A DNA stretch of 24,000 bases. Source: Actinomarinicola tropica (GTDB lineage: Bacteria; Actinomycetota; Acidimicrobiia; Acidimicrobiales; SKKL01). The position numbers and the translations under genes were made by a program. The stretch spans positions 759,189 to 783,188 of the forward strand of contig NZ_CP045851.1 in NCBI RefSeq assembly GCF_009650215.1, written 5' to 3'. The notes under the pieces were generated by a model. It made no database searches. It saw nothing but the letters and a program-made list of their open reading frames with translations, and was not told where the DNA came from. This document shows, piece by piece, positions 16,011 through 23,179 of this stretch (positions are counted from its first letter, which is position 1; every line of letters begins with the position of its first letter).

Positions 16011-16074
16011 CCACCTGGGGTGGGCGGGTCTGCCATCATCCGTCGGACCCGTCCCACCCCAGGAGCCACGACCT

Positions 16075-17151
16075 GTGCCGACGCTTCGCCGCGCCCTCAT
16101 CCCTCTCTTCGCCCTCACCCTCGCCGCGACGGCGTGCGGCGACGACGACGGCGGCTCCGGCGACGGGCTGTCCGCGGGCGACGGGTTCTCGGTGGAGGGC
16201 GCGCTCGCCGAGCTGCCCGACCTGGGCGAGCCCGGCGCCATCGTCTCGGTCGCCGACCTCGACGCCGCCACGGAGCTGAGCGGCGCCGAGCGTCCGGACC
16301 CCGCTGACGCCGACGCGGTCCGTGAGTGGCTGATGGGCGTCTCCGGCGCCGACCGCGAGGCCGACGTGTTCGTGCCGATCGCCGAGACCCTCCAGCCGCA
16401 GGGCCGGATCGACGAGTTCGCCGCCGAGCTCGGGTGGAGCGTCGCCGACGTGTCGACCTTCGCCGAGACCTCCCTCCCGCCGCGGAGGGTGCTCGTCGTG
16501 AGCGGTGACGGGCTCGACGACGACGTCTTCGACGACGCCGACGTCGTCGAGCTGGAGGACGACATCGTCACCGCCGGCGAGGGCGAGGACCACGAGTCCG
16601 ACCTCGAGGGGACGACCGCGGCGCGTCCCATCGGCACTCCGCTGCGGATGGCCGCCGACGACGGTCGCCTCGTCGCGTCGCCGGTCACCGCGCTCGTGCG
16701 CGGCTGGCTCGACGACGACCTCGACACGCTCGCCGACGACGAGGCGCACGCCGCGGTCGCCGCGGCCCTCGACGGCGCCGACGTCTACGCCGCGGTGCTC
16801 TGGAGCCAGGAAGCCGGCAGCGGCTCGGGCGGGTCCGACGGCCCGGGGCTGACGGCGTCGTTCGACGTGGTGGGCATCGGGTGGTCGATCGTCGGCGGCG
16901 AGCCGGTCGTCACCATCGCCCACCACTTCGCGGACGAGGCCACCGCCGAGGAGCAGGCCGAGCGGATCCGCGCCATCCTCGAGGAGGGCAAGAGCCTCGT
17001 GACGGCCCAGCCCATGAGCGACGTCCTGTCGCTCGACGAGGTCACGACCGACGGCGCGGTGACGGTGGCGACCGTGCGACCGGCCGAGGGGGGCTTCCTC
17101 GGCACGCCGATGCAGATGCTGATGCAGCGCGACGTCCTGTTCGTCGGCTGA
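16075..17151 (+). CDS. acidic secreted lipoprotein, function unknown
   Basis: AGGAG (16061..16065) lies 9 nt before GTG 16075. The signal peptide VPTLRRALIPLFALTLAATAC ends in a lipobox-like Cys, followed by a DDDGGSG linker. The mature part is strongly Asp/Glu-rich. Confidence 0.7.
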   Translation: MPTLRRALIPLFALTLAATACGDDDGGSGDGLSAGDGFSVEGALAELPDLGEPGAIVSVADLDAATELSGAERPDPADADAVREWLMGVSGADREADVFVPIAETLQPQGRIDEFAAELGWSVADVSTFAETSLPPRRVLVVSGDGLDDDVFDDADVVELEDDIVTAGEGEDHESDLEGTTAARPIGTPLRMAADDGRLVASPVTALVRGWLDDDLDTLADDEAHAAVAAALDGADVYAAVLWSQEAGSGSGGSDGPGLTASFDVVGIGWSIVGGEPVVTIAHHFADEATAEEQAERIRAILEEGKSLVTAQPMSDVLSLDEVTTDGAVTVATVRPAEGGFLGTPMQMLMQRDVLFVG

Positions 17152-17183
17152 CCGTCGAGGCGCCGGCCGGTTGGTCGCCGACC

Positions 17184-18308
17184 TCAGCTCGGCGGTGACG
17201 GCACGACGGCGAGCATGCCCTCGACGATGAGGCGCCGGGCGAGGGTCACGCGGCTCTGTTCGTCGATCCCGGGGAGGTCACCGACGCGGACAGGTCCGCC
17301 GGTCGCCAGCTTCTCCACCGCGACCCGACCGACGGCGGGCAGCTGGAGGGTGCGGTCGTCGAGGACCAGCCGGATCCGGTGGGCGTCGTCGCCGTCGGCC
17401 ACACGGGCGACGGTGCCGGGACGCAGCTGGACGACGTCGTCGAGGGTGAGGGCGGCGCCGTGCACGAGCGCGGCGAGGCGGCCGCGGTGGTCGGGCCGGG
17501 CCCGTCGGCGGGAGCGCTCGTGGGCCGCGACGTCGGCGGGATCGGTCGCGTCGAGGTGCGCAGCGACCGTCCGCAACACCGGCGCCAGTCCGTCAGCGAG
17601 GTCGTCGCCGCCCTCGGCCCACCCGAGGGGCAACGGGTCGTCGAGCGCCTCGACGGTGTCGAGCACCCGTCGCAGCACGTCGCGGTAGGTGATGCGGAGG
17701 ATGCCGATGGTGAGGTGCAACGACGTCGCGTCGTTGGCGCGGGCACTGTGCTCGGTGCCTGTCGGCATGTAGAGCGCGTCGCCCGGCGTGAGCTCGAGCT
17801 CGCCGAGCCCTGCGACGTGCCAGTGCTTGGTGCCGTGGAGCTGCCGGACGATCACGTCGTGGCGGTCGGCGTGGGGGCGCAGCCCTGCGGCGCCGGGAGG
17901 GGTCAGGTAGGCGTTGACCTGGACGGGGTGGGAGATGGCGCGCTCGAGCAGGGCGGCGAGGTGCCCGACCGCGGGGTGGGTGCGGTGGAGGGACTGGAGG
18001 ACGATCGTGTCGCCGCCGGCGAAGCGCTCCGCGAGCTTGGCGGGATCGACGACGCCCTCGGTGGGCCGACCGCCGAGACGGACGGGCGTGCAGTAGTCGC
18101 TCTCGGGCAGCGTGCGGCCGTCACGCACGACGCGGATCTCCGGGCGTCGAGCGGCGCTGATGAGCACGGCGTCGACATCGTCGACCGACAGGACGTCGGC
18201 GAGGACGTCGTCGGTGCGGAGGACGAGGGGGCGACGCCCCCAGTGCTGCGCGGCGAACGCTGCCGTGTCGCCGACGCAGCGCTGGAGGACGTCGTGGTGG
18301 TGGGTCAA
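17184..18308 (-). CDS. JmjC / cupin-4 family 2-oxoglutarate/Fe(II) oxygenase (ribosomal-oxygenase-like)
   Basis: The HxD...H triad context reads RPHADRHDVIVRQLHGTKHWHV ... LTPGDALYMPTGTEHSA ... SLHLTIG. The C-terminus is winged-helix-like. The start is uncertain. I chose TTG 18308 because the upstream S/T/P/R-rich part of listed ORF 17184..18485 has poorer GC3 and overlaps a better-coding small ORF in another frame. Confidence 0.7.
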   Translation of the reverse strand: MTHHHDVLQRCVGDTAAFAAQHWGRRPLVLRTDDVLADVLSVDDVDAVLISAARRPEIRVVRDGRTLPESDYCTPVRLGGRPTEGVVDPAKLAERFAGGDTIVLQSLHRTHPAVGHLAALLERAISHPVQVNAYLTPPGAAGLRPHADRHDVIVRQLHGTKHWHVAGLGELELTPGDALYMPTGTEHSARANDATSLHLTIGILRITYRDVLRRVLDTVEALDDPLPLGWAEGGDDLADGLAPVLRTVAAHLDATDPADVAAHERSRRRARPDHRGRLAALVHGAALTLDDVVQLRPGTVARVADGDDAHRIRLVLDDRTLQLPAVGRVAVEKLATGGPVRVGDLPGIDEQSRVTLARRLIVEGMLAVVPSPPS

Positions 18309-18318
18309 CGGTCGGGGG

Positions 18319-18489
18319 TCAGGCCTCGTCGCCGGTGTCGAGCGGACCCTCCCCTCCGCCGTCGAGGTTCTCGTCGGCTTCGGTCGGCTCGTCGCCGGTG
18401 TCCTTGCCGCTCTGGCCGCCCGTGTCGAGGTTCTCGTCGTCCTCGGTGGGCTTGTCGCGGGTGATGTCGTCGTCGTTGATGTCACTCAT
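18319..18489 (-). CDS. small hyper-acidic repeat protein (56 aa)
   Basis: Sequence: MSDINDDDITRDKPTEDDENLDTGGQSGKDTGDEPTEADENLDGGGEGPLDTGDEA. GC3 is about 52 of 56 codons by hand count, clearly better than the overlapping frame. It is the C-terminal part of listed ORF 18319..18936. Confidence 0.6.
   Translation of the reverse strand: MSDINDDDITRDKPTEDDENLDTGGQSGKDTGDEPTEADENLDGGGEGPLDTGDEA
18325..18450 (-). repeat. in-frame 2 x 63-bp tandem repeat encoding PTE(D/A)DENLD......DTGDE
   Basis: Unit 1 is 18388..18450 and unit 2 is 18325..18387. By hand alignment, 46 of 63 nt and 15 of 21 aa are identical. The unit ends are nearly perfect and the centres diverge. Confidence 0.7.
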
Positions 18490-18538
18490 GGCCGACGCAG
18501 TACCACCGTGCGGCGCTCGCCAACCCGAGTGGCGCGCC

Positions 18539-18814
18539 TCAGTCGCCGCGTCGGGGCTCGAACAGCTCGATCGGGTTGCCCGACGGGTCGTCGGCGACGA
18601 CCTGCCGGCCACCGTTGCCCTGGATGATCTCGCTGCGGAGCGCGATGTCGTGGCGGCGCAGCGCGTCGACGGTGGCGTCGAGGTCGTCGACCTCGATCTG
18701 GATGCGGTTCCAGCCCCCGGGTACGGGCATCGTGCCGTCGCGCATGGGTTGGCCGGCGCCGCCGCCTCCTCCCGGTGTGTTGAGCAGCAGCCGCAGGTCG
18801 TCGCGCCGGAGCAT
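18539..18814 (-). CDS. VOC (glyoxalase/bleomycin-resistance fold) family protein; N-terminal module apparently missing
   Basis: The 91-aa ORF contains FAMLRRDDLRLLLN...PVPGGWNRIQIEVDDLDATV..L......RSEIIQGNGGRQVVADDPSGNPIELFEP. Family members I recall are about 125-135 aa, beginning with a beta-alpha unit (..V.D...S..FY...LGF..) that is absent here. Confidence 0.55.
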   Translation of the reverse strand: MLRRDDLRLLLNTPGGGGGAGQPMRDGTMPVPGGWNRIQIEVDDLDATVDALRRHDIALRSEIIQGNGGRQVVADDPSGNPIELFEPRRGD

Positions 18815-19007
18815 GGCGAACCCCGGACCGGGGTGGGCGCCTCGTTCGGGCGCGCTCGGTCCGCTCGACCTGTTCTCCGAACGTGCGGCGACGGATGTCG
18901 CGCGGGAGCTCGGCCTGATCGTCGACTAGCGCGCATCTGGCTCGGCGCGTATCTGGGCGGCCTCCGCGACGTCCTGTTCTGCGCGGGTCGACGCCGGGAG
19001 GTGCGCC

Positions 19008-20117
19008 ATGCCGGACGAGAACGTGATCATCGCCGTACCCACCGAGGTGGGACCGGAGGAGCGGGCCGCGGTGGGCTTCGACGACGGGAGCCGGGCCCGG
19101 ATCGACCTGACCGACGAACGGGCTGCCGGGCTCGCCGAGATCCTCGCCGGGCTGCGCGACCTCCGCCGGCCCGCCTACGTCGAGCTCGACGCGGCGACGG
19201 GCGCGGTGGTCGAGCTGCGCATCCCGCACGTGTCGCGGGTGGCGCGGGTCATGACGCTCGACGAGGACGTGGTCGCCGTGCAGCTCGAGCTGTCGCACGC
19301 CCGCCACCTGCTGCGTGCCGACACCGACGGGTACGAGGGGATGCGAGACCTGCTCCGTCGATCGGTCGAGGACGGGACGGTGCTCGTCGTCACCGAGGAC
19401 GACCGGCACCACATCATCGACGTTCGCCCGTCGAGGTGGGAGATCGAGTGGCCGCCGCCGGTGCGCCAGCAGCTGCCCCGGTGGTTGCGGTGGGTGCCTG
19501 AACCGCTCGTCCCCGTCGTGCGGCGGGTGTTCCACCTCTCGGAGGACGCCCTGTCGTGGCTGCTGTGGTGGCTGTTCCCGGTGTCGGGAGCGAAGGCCCG
19601 TCAGGTGTTCGACGCGCTGAACACGTTGAGCTGCCACCCGGTGAACGTGCCGGTGCCGTGCATCCCCTTCCTCTACCCGGACGACGGCTGCTGGGGCCGA
19701 GCGCACGAGATGACCCGGCTGATGAAGGGCATGAGCGTGCGCCCCCGGAAGGTGTGGATCGAGGGGTGGTTGGGTCCGGCGACCCGGAACAACCCGAGCT
19801 GCGAGGTGTTCTGGGGTTGGCACGTGGCGCCCACGCTGCGTGTGCGGCGGTGGCTCTGGATCTTCATGGCTCGCACCGAGGTGATCGATCCGGCCCTCTT
19901 CGGCGGCCCGGTCGCGCAGAGCACCTGGAAGAGCGTGCAGAACGACCCGAACGCCACGCTGACCCCGTCGAGCGCGTCGATCTTCTACCTCTGGGGGTCG
20001 GTCACGGACCCTGACAACTCCCAGACCGAGGGTGTGCTGGCCACCTACCGGCTGCACCTGCGGAACCGTTCGCTCTCGCCGTCGGGTCCGCCGCCCTACG
20101 CCCACTGCCCGGTGTGA
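19008..20117 (+). CDS. protein-glutamine glutaminase (protein deamidase) domain protein with a novel N-terminal domain
   Basis: GGGAGG lies 6 nt before ATG 19008. The C-terminal roughly 150 aa match the Chryseobacterium protein-glutaminase core as I remember it. Pairs are given as here / Chryseobacterium: CIPFLYPDDGCWGRAHEM / CITFRYPVDGCYARAHKM; VFWGWHVAP / VAWSYHVA; VIDPALFGGPV...W / IIDPSLFSSGPVTDTAW. Triad codons: Cys228 at 19689..19691, His272 at 19821..19823, Asp294 at 19887..19889. There is no N-terminal signal peptide. Confidence 0.75.
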   Translation: MPDENVIIAVPTEVGPEERAAVGFDDGSRARIDLTDERAAGLAEILAGLRDLRRPAYVELDAATGAVVELRIPHVSRVARVMTLDEDVVAVQLELSHARHLLRADTDGYEGMRDLLRRSVEDGTVLVVTEDDRHHIIDVRPSRWEIEWPPPVRQQLPRWLRWVPEPLVPVVRRVFHLSEDALSWLLWWLFPVSGAKARQVFDALNTLSCHPVNVPVPCIPFLYPDDGCWGRAHEMTRLMKGMSVRPRKVWIEGWLGPATRNNPSCEVFWGWHVAPTLRVRRWLWIFMARTEVIDPALFGGPVAQSTWKSVQNDPNATLTPSSASIFYLWGSVTDPDNSQTEGVLATYRLHLRNRSLSPSGPPPYAHCPV

Positions 20118-20168
20118 GGTCCGCGTTGCCTCGACAGCTCGGACCCTTGTCGAGGCAACGCGGACCTC
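20116..20168. terminator. 20-bp perfect-stem hairpin between convergent genes (probable bidirectional intrinsic terminator, no U-tract)
   Basis: GAGGTCCGCGTTGCCTCGAC (20116..20135) pairs with GTCGAGGCAACGCGGACCTC (20149..20168) around a 13-nt loop. The left arm overlaps the TGA of the upstream gene. Confidence 0.7.
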
Positions 20169-20207
20169 GGAGCGGCTCGAGCTGCCGGTCGGCCGGCCGG
20201 GGTCCGC

Positions 20208-21146
20208 TCATGACACGAGCGCGGCGGTGATCGACTCGGCGTTCGTGCGCATCATCCCGAGGTAGGAGTCCGCCGATGAGCCGGGCGGACCGAGCGACTC
20301 GGTGTGCAGGCTCACCACGTCGATGTCGAGACCCGACTCGACGGCCAGGACCTCCGCGAGCCGGGTCGGCTGCGACGTCTCGGCGAAGATCGCCCGGACG
20401 TCGGAGGTCCGCAGGACGGTGGTGAGGTCGGCGAGGTCCCTCGCGCTGGGGCTCGCCAGGGTGCTGCCGGACGGGATGACGGCGCCGAGGACCTCGAACC
20501 CGTAGCGATCGGCGAAGTACCCGAACACGTGGTGGTTGGTGACGAGCCGCCGTCGCTCCGGCGGGATCGTCCCCACCATGTCCTCGATCTCGCTGTCGAG
20601 CGCCTCCAGCCGTCGGCGGTAGTCCTCCTGTCGGCCACGCACGTCGTCGGCTGCCGCATCGGTGACCAGCTCCGCCAGGTGATCGCCGATGAGGTCGGAC
20701 GCGGTGGCCATACGGCGCGGATCGGTCCACACGTGTGGGTCGAGGTCGGGCCCGCGGGCGGCCACGGTGCCGGCGTAGCCGAGTGGGTCCAGCGCCGGTC
20801 CCACCTCGAGCACCGGGACACCCTCGCGGCGGGCCGCGGCGAGCACGTCGACGAGGCCCTCCTCGAGCCCGAGCCCGTTGGCGATCACGAGGTCCGCGTC
20901 GAGCAGCCGCTCGGCCTCCGCTGCCGACAGCGCGAGGCCGTGGGGGTCGGCACCGGGGGGCATGAGGTCGATCACCTCGATCGCGTCACCGCCGATCGCC
21001 GCGGTGACGTCGGCGAGGATGTTGGTGGTCACCGCCACCGTGGGCACCCGCCCCTCCTCGTGCGCGGAGGAGGAACGGGTGCACGCCGTGGCGACGAGGA
21101 GGACGGCGCTGACCGTCAGGGCCAGCGCCGCTCGGCGTCCGAGCAC
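20208..21146 (-). CDS. metal ABC-transporter substrate-binding lipoprotein (cluster A-I; ZnuA/TroA/AztC-like)
   Basis: 312 aa from GTG 21146. The signal/lipobox reads VLGRRAALALTVSAVLLVATAC. Metal-ligand blocks: GADPHG, DPHVWTDP, NHHVFGYFADRYG (His at the third ligand position, which suggests Zn/TroA-type rather than Mn-type), IFAETS. Only the last third of listed ORF 20208..23147 is real. Confidence 0.85.
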   Translation of the reverse strand: MLGRRAALALTVSAVLLVATACTRSSSAHEEGRVPTVAVTTNILADVTAAIGGDAIEVIDLMPPGADPHGLALSAAEAERLLDADLVIANGLGLEEGLVDVLAAARREGVPVLEVGPALDPLGYAGTVAARGPDLDPHVWTDPRRMATASDLIGDHLAELVTDAAADDVRGRQEDYRRRLEALDSEIEDMVGTIPPERRRLVTNHHVFGYFADRYGFEVLGAVIPSGSTLASPSARDLADLTTVLRTSDVRAIFAETSQPTRLAEVLAVESGLDIDVVSLHTESLGPPGSSADSYLGMMRTNAESITAALVS

Positions 21147-21151
21147 GTGGT

Positions 21152-21571
21152 TCAGTCGTGGGTCGTCGGCGCGAGCCCGACGACCGCGACGCCGGCCGGG
21201 TTGCCACCCACCGCGATCTCCCGCGCGACGCGCAGCTCGTCGGCGATGCCGAGCTCGACGACGCGGCCGCCGTCGGGATCGGTGACGTAGGCGCGATCGC
21301 CGGCGACGAGGACGGTCGGGACGGGCGGACCGCCGTGGCCGTCGGGAAGCTCGATGGTGTCGAGGACGGGGGTGGACTGGAGCACCTCGCCCGTGGCGGG
21401 GTCGATCCGGTGGACCTGGCCGTCGTCGGTGAGGGCGACGATCACCTCGTGCTCCTCGTCGAAGGCCATGGCGACCAGGGCGGCGGGGAGCGGGATCATG
21501 GCCGAGGTGCCGGCCTCGATGTCGATGCGGACGACGGCCTCGTCGGCGAGGGTGCCGATGGCGCCGTCCCT
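21152..21571 (-). pseudogene. beta-propeller repeat protein, C-terminal fragment (YVTN/AztD-like), 5' portion missing
   Basis: The protein-like sequence RDGAIGTLADEAVVRIDIEAG...LVAGDRAYVTDPDGGRVVELGIADELRVAREIAVGGNPAGVAVVG shows typical propeller-blade repeats. Upstream in frame it degenerates to Arg-rich shadow. The first in-frame ATG is at 21499. Its stop lies 5 nt before the SBP start. Confidence 0.45.
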
Positions 21572-21591
21572 GGCCGGAGAAGGGCTCGGCG

Positions 21592-21936
21592 GTGTCGAGC
21601 CGACCCACGTGGTACGGCGAGCTGGCCACCCACGACGCCGCCGTGTTCGGCTGCACCGACGGGGTGCTCGTGCTCGAGTCCCACGGCGACCACTGGGACG
21701 CCACCAAGATCGCCAACCCCGACGGCGCACCCGAGGACGCCCGCACCGGTTCGTTCGTCGGCGGGCACGACCTGCCCGAGCTGGACGAGATCCTCGTGAT
21801 CGTGGCGCCGGTGCTGCTCGGCGGCGGCACCCGCATGTTCGACCTGCGGGGCCGGCCCGACGTCGACCTCGAGACGATCTCGGTCACCCACACGCCGCTG
21901 GCGACCAACATGCACTTCCGCGTCCGCTCGCGCTGA
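21592..21936 (+). pseudogene. RibD_C / dihydrofolate-reductase-like family protein, C-terminal fragment
   Basis: The C-terminal block LDEILVIVAPVLLGGGTRMFDL...LE...V.HTPLATNMHFRV is typical of the family. Members I recall are about 180-200 aa. The N-terminal half is absent and the middle part looks degenerate. Confidence 0.45.
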
Positions 21937-21943
21937 GCGGCGC

Positions 21944-23179
21944 TCAGGCGTCGTGGAAGGTGACTCGGGCGACGGTCGACAACGACACGAAGTAGTGGTC
22001 CCGGCGGGTACCGGGGGCGCCGAACACGACGGACTGCGCCGGGCTCCCGACGGCACAGCGGGTGCGCACGCCGCCCGTCGCCACGTCGACGACCACGAGC
22101 GCGTCGCCGGTGGCCGGGTCGTGGTCGTCGGCGATCAGCTCGCCGGTGTCGGGGAAGAGGACGAGGTGCTGGGCGGTGCGCAGCTCGGTGCGCCACCTCG
22201 GGGACAGGTCGTCGACGTCGAACGCCGCGGCGACGCCGTTGGCCGAGTCGTACGCCACGACGAGCCCACGGGTCGGGTCGACGATCGGCGGGTTGGTGAC
22301 CGCACCGCCCGGCCGGCCGCTGATCTCGACCCACGCCGGCGCCGCGCCGTCGAGCGGGAACCTCCACAGGCGGTTCGCCCCGGGGGCGACGCCGTTGCCG
22401 AGCATCGTCATGCCCTCGGCGAAGGTGTGGTCGCCGCCGTCCATCCACCAGATCGCTCCGGCGTCGACCACCGGGTCCCACCCGAACGAGTGGACCTCGT
22501 CGTCGAGGTAGGTGACCGACGGCGCGGCCGGGGCGAGCGTGCCGGCGGCCGGCTCCCACGCGAGGCGGTGCAGCGCGGTGACGCCGACGACGACGATCGT
22601 GCTCCCGTCGGCGGAGAGCCGGGCGACGCTCGGCTCGGGCAGCACGAGCGGTGCGGCCCGGTCTTCGAGGGTCACGGGGTCGAGGATCGACAGCGTCGAC
22701 GGCGGACCGCCGGGACGCTGTAGGTCCTTGGTGGCGAGCGATCCGTCGTCGAGGACGACGAAGGAGTTGTGCGGCGCGTCGACGGGCAGCCGGCGGGCCC
22801 GCACGACGGACAGGTCGGGTGCGAGTCGGTGCGCCCACGCGCCCTGGACCACGACGATCGCGCCGTCGGCGAGCACCGCCATCCCGCCGGGCCAGAACGG
22901 ACCGGTCGGCAGGTCGGGGGAGCGTCGTACCGGTTCGAGTGAGTCCGGGTCGATCTCCTCGACCCACGTGGGTCCGTCGTCGCCGATCTCCCGGCGGAGG
23001 AGCAGCACCCGGTCGTCGGGTGCGAGCACGGCCATGATGCTGAGGGGTGCGAGGCGGCTGGCGGCCAGCTCGGCCCGTCCGGCTCGGGGCCCGGGGATCC
23101 CGTGGGGTCGCTGCTGGCGGCGCGGTCCGCCGTCCTCGGCCGGCCACGGCGTGGCCGCGAGCTGCGGGTGCGCGCTCAC
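21944..23179 (-). CDS. hypothetical protein, probable beta-propeller fold
   Basis: The C-terminal part of listed ORF 21944..23782 has high GC3 and repeated strand-turn segments ([45 protein letters not shown]). The start is taken as GTG 23179, which overlaps the upstream stop (GTGA). An alternative ATG (MAVLAPDD) lies about 140 nt further in. Confidence 0.6.
   Translation of the reverse strand: MSAHPQLAATPWPAEDGGPRRQQRPHGIPGPRAGRAELAASRLAPLSIMAVLAPDDRVLLLRREIGDDGPTWVEEIDPDSLEPVRRSPDLPTGPFWPGGMAVLADGAIVVVQGAWAHRLAPDLSVVRARRLPVDAPHNSFVVLDDGSLATKDLQRPGGPPSTLSILDPVTLEDRAAPLVLPEPSVARLSADGSTIVVVGVTALHRLAWEPAAGTLAPAAPSVTYLDDEVHSFGWDPVVDAGAIWWMDGGDHTFAEGMTMLGNGVAPGANRLWRFPLDGAAPAWVEISGRPGGAVTNPPIVDPTRGLVVAYDSANGVAAAFDVDDLSPRWRTELRTAQHLVLFPDTGELIADDHDPATGDALVVVDVATGGVRTRCAVGSPAQSVVFGAPGTRRDHYFVSLSTVARVTFHDA

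Noticed and set aside
15958-16074. Longer start (15958) for the lipoprotein gene.
   Set aside because: GTG 16075 is preceded by AGGAG at ideal spacing and gives a canonical signal peptide plus lipobox. The extension would bury the signal peptide behind 39 non-hydrophobic residues.
18309-18485. S/T/P/R-rich N-terminal extension (MTSTTTTSPATSPPRTTR...) of the cupin ORF.
   Set aside because: It has lower GC3 than the overlapping acidic small ORF in another frame and contains no cupin-family sequence. It remains possible but is less likely than a TTG 18308 start.
21147-23147. The 979-aa ORF 20208..23147 read as one giant protein.
   Set aside because: Only the C-terminal 312 aa (signal peptide onward) look like a real protein, the ZnuA/TroA-like SBP. 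The rest is Arg-rich shadow overlapping the better-supported genes 21152..21571 and 21944..23179 in other frames.
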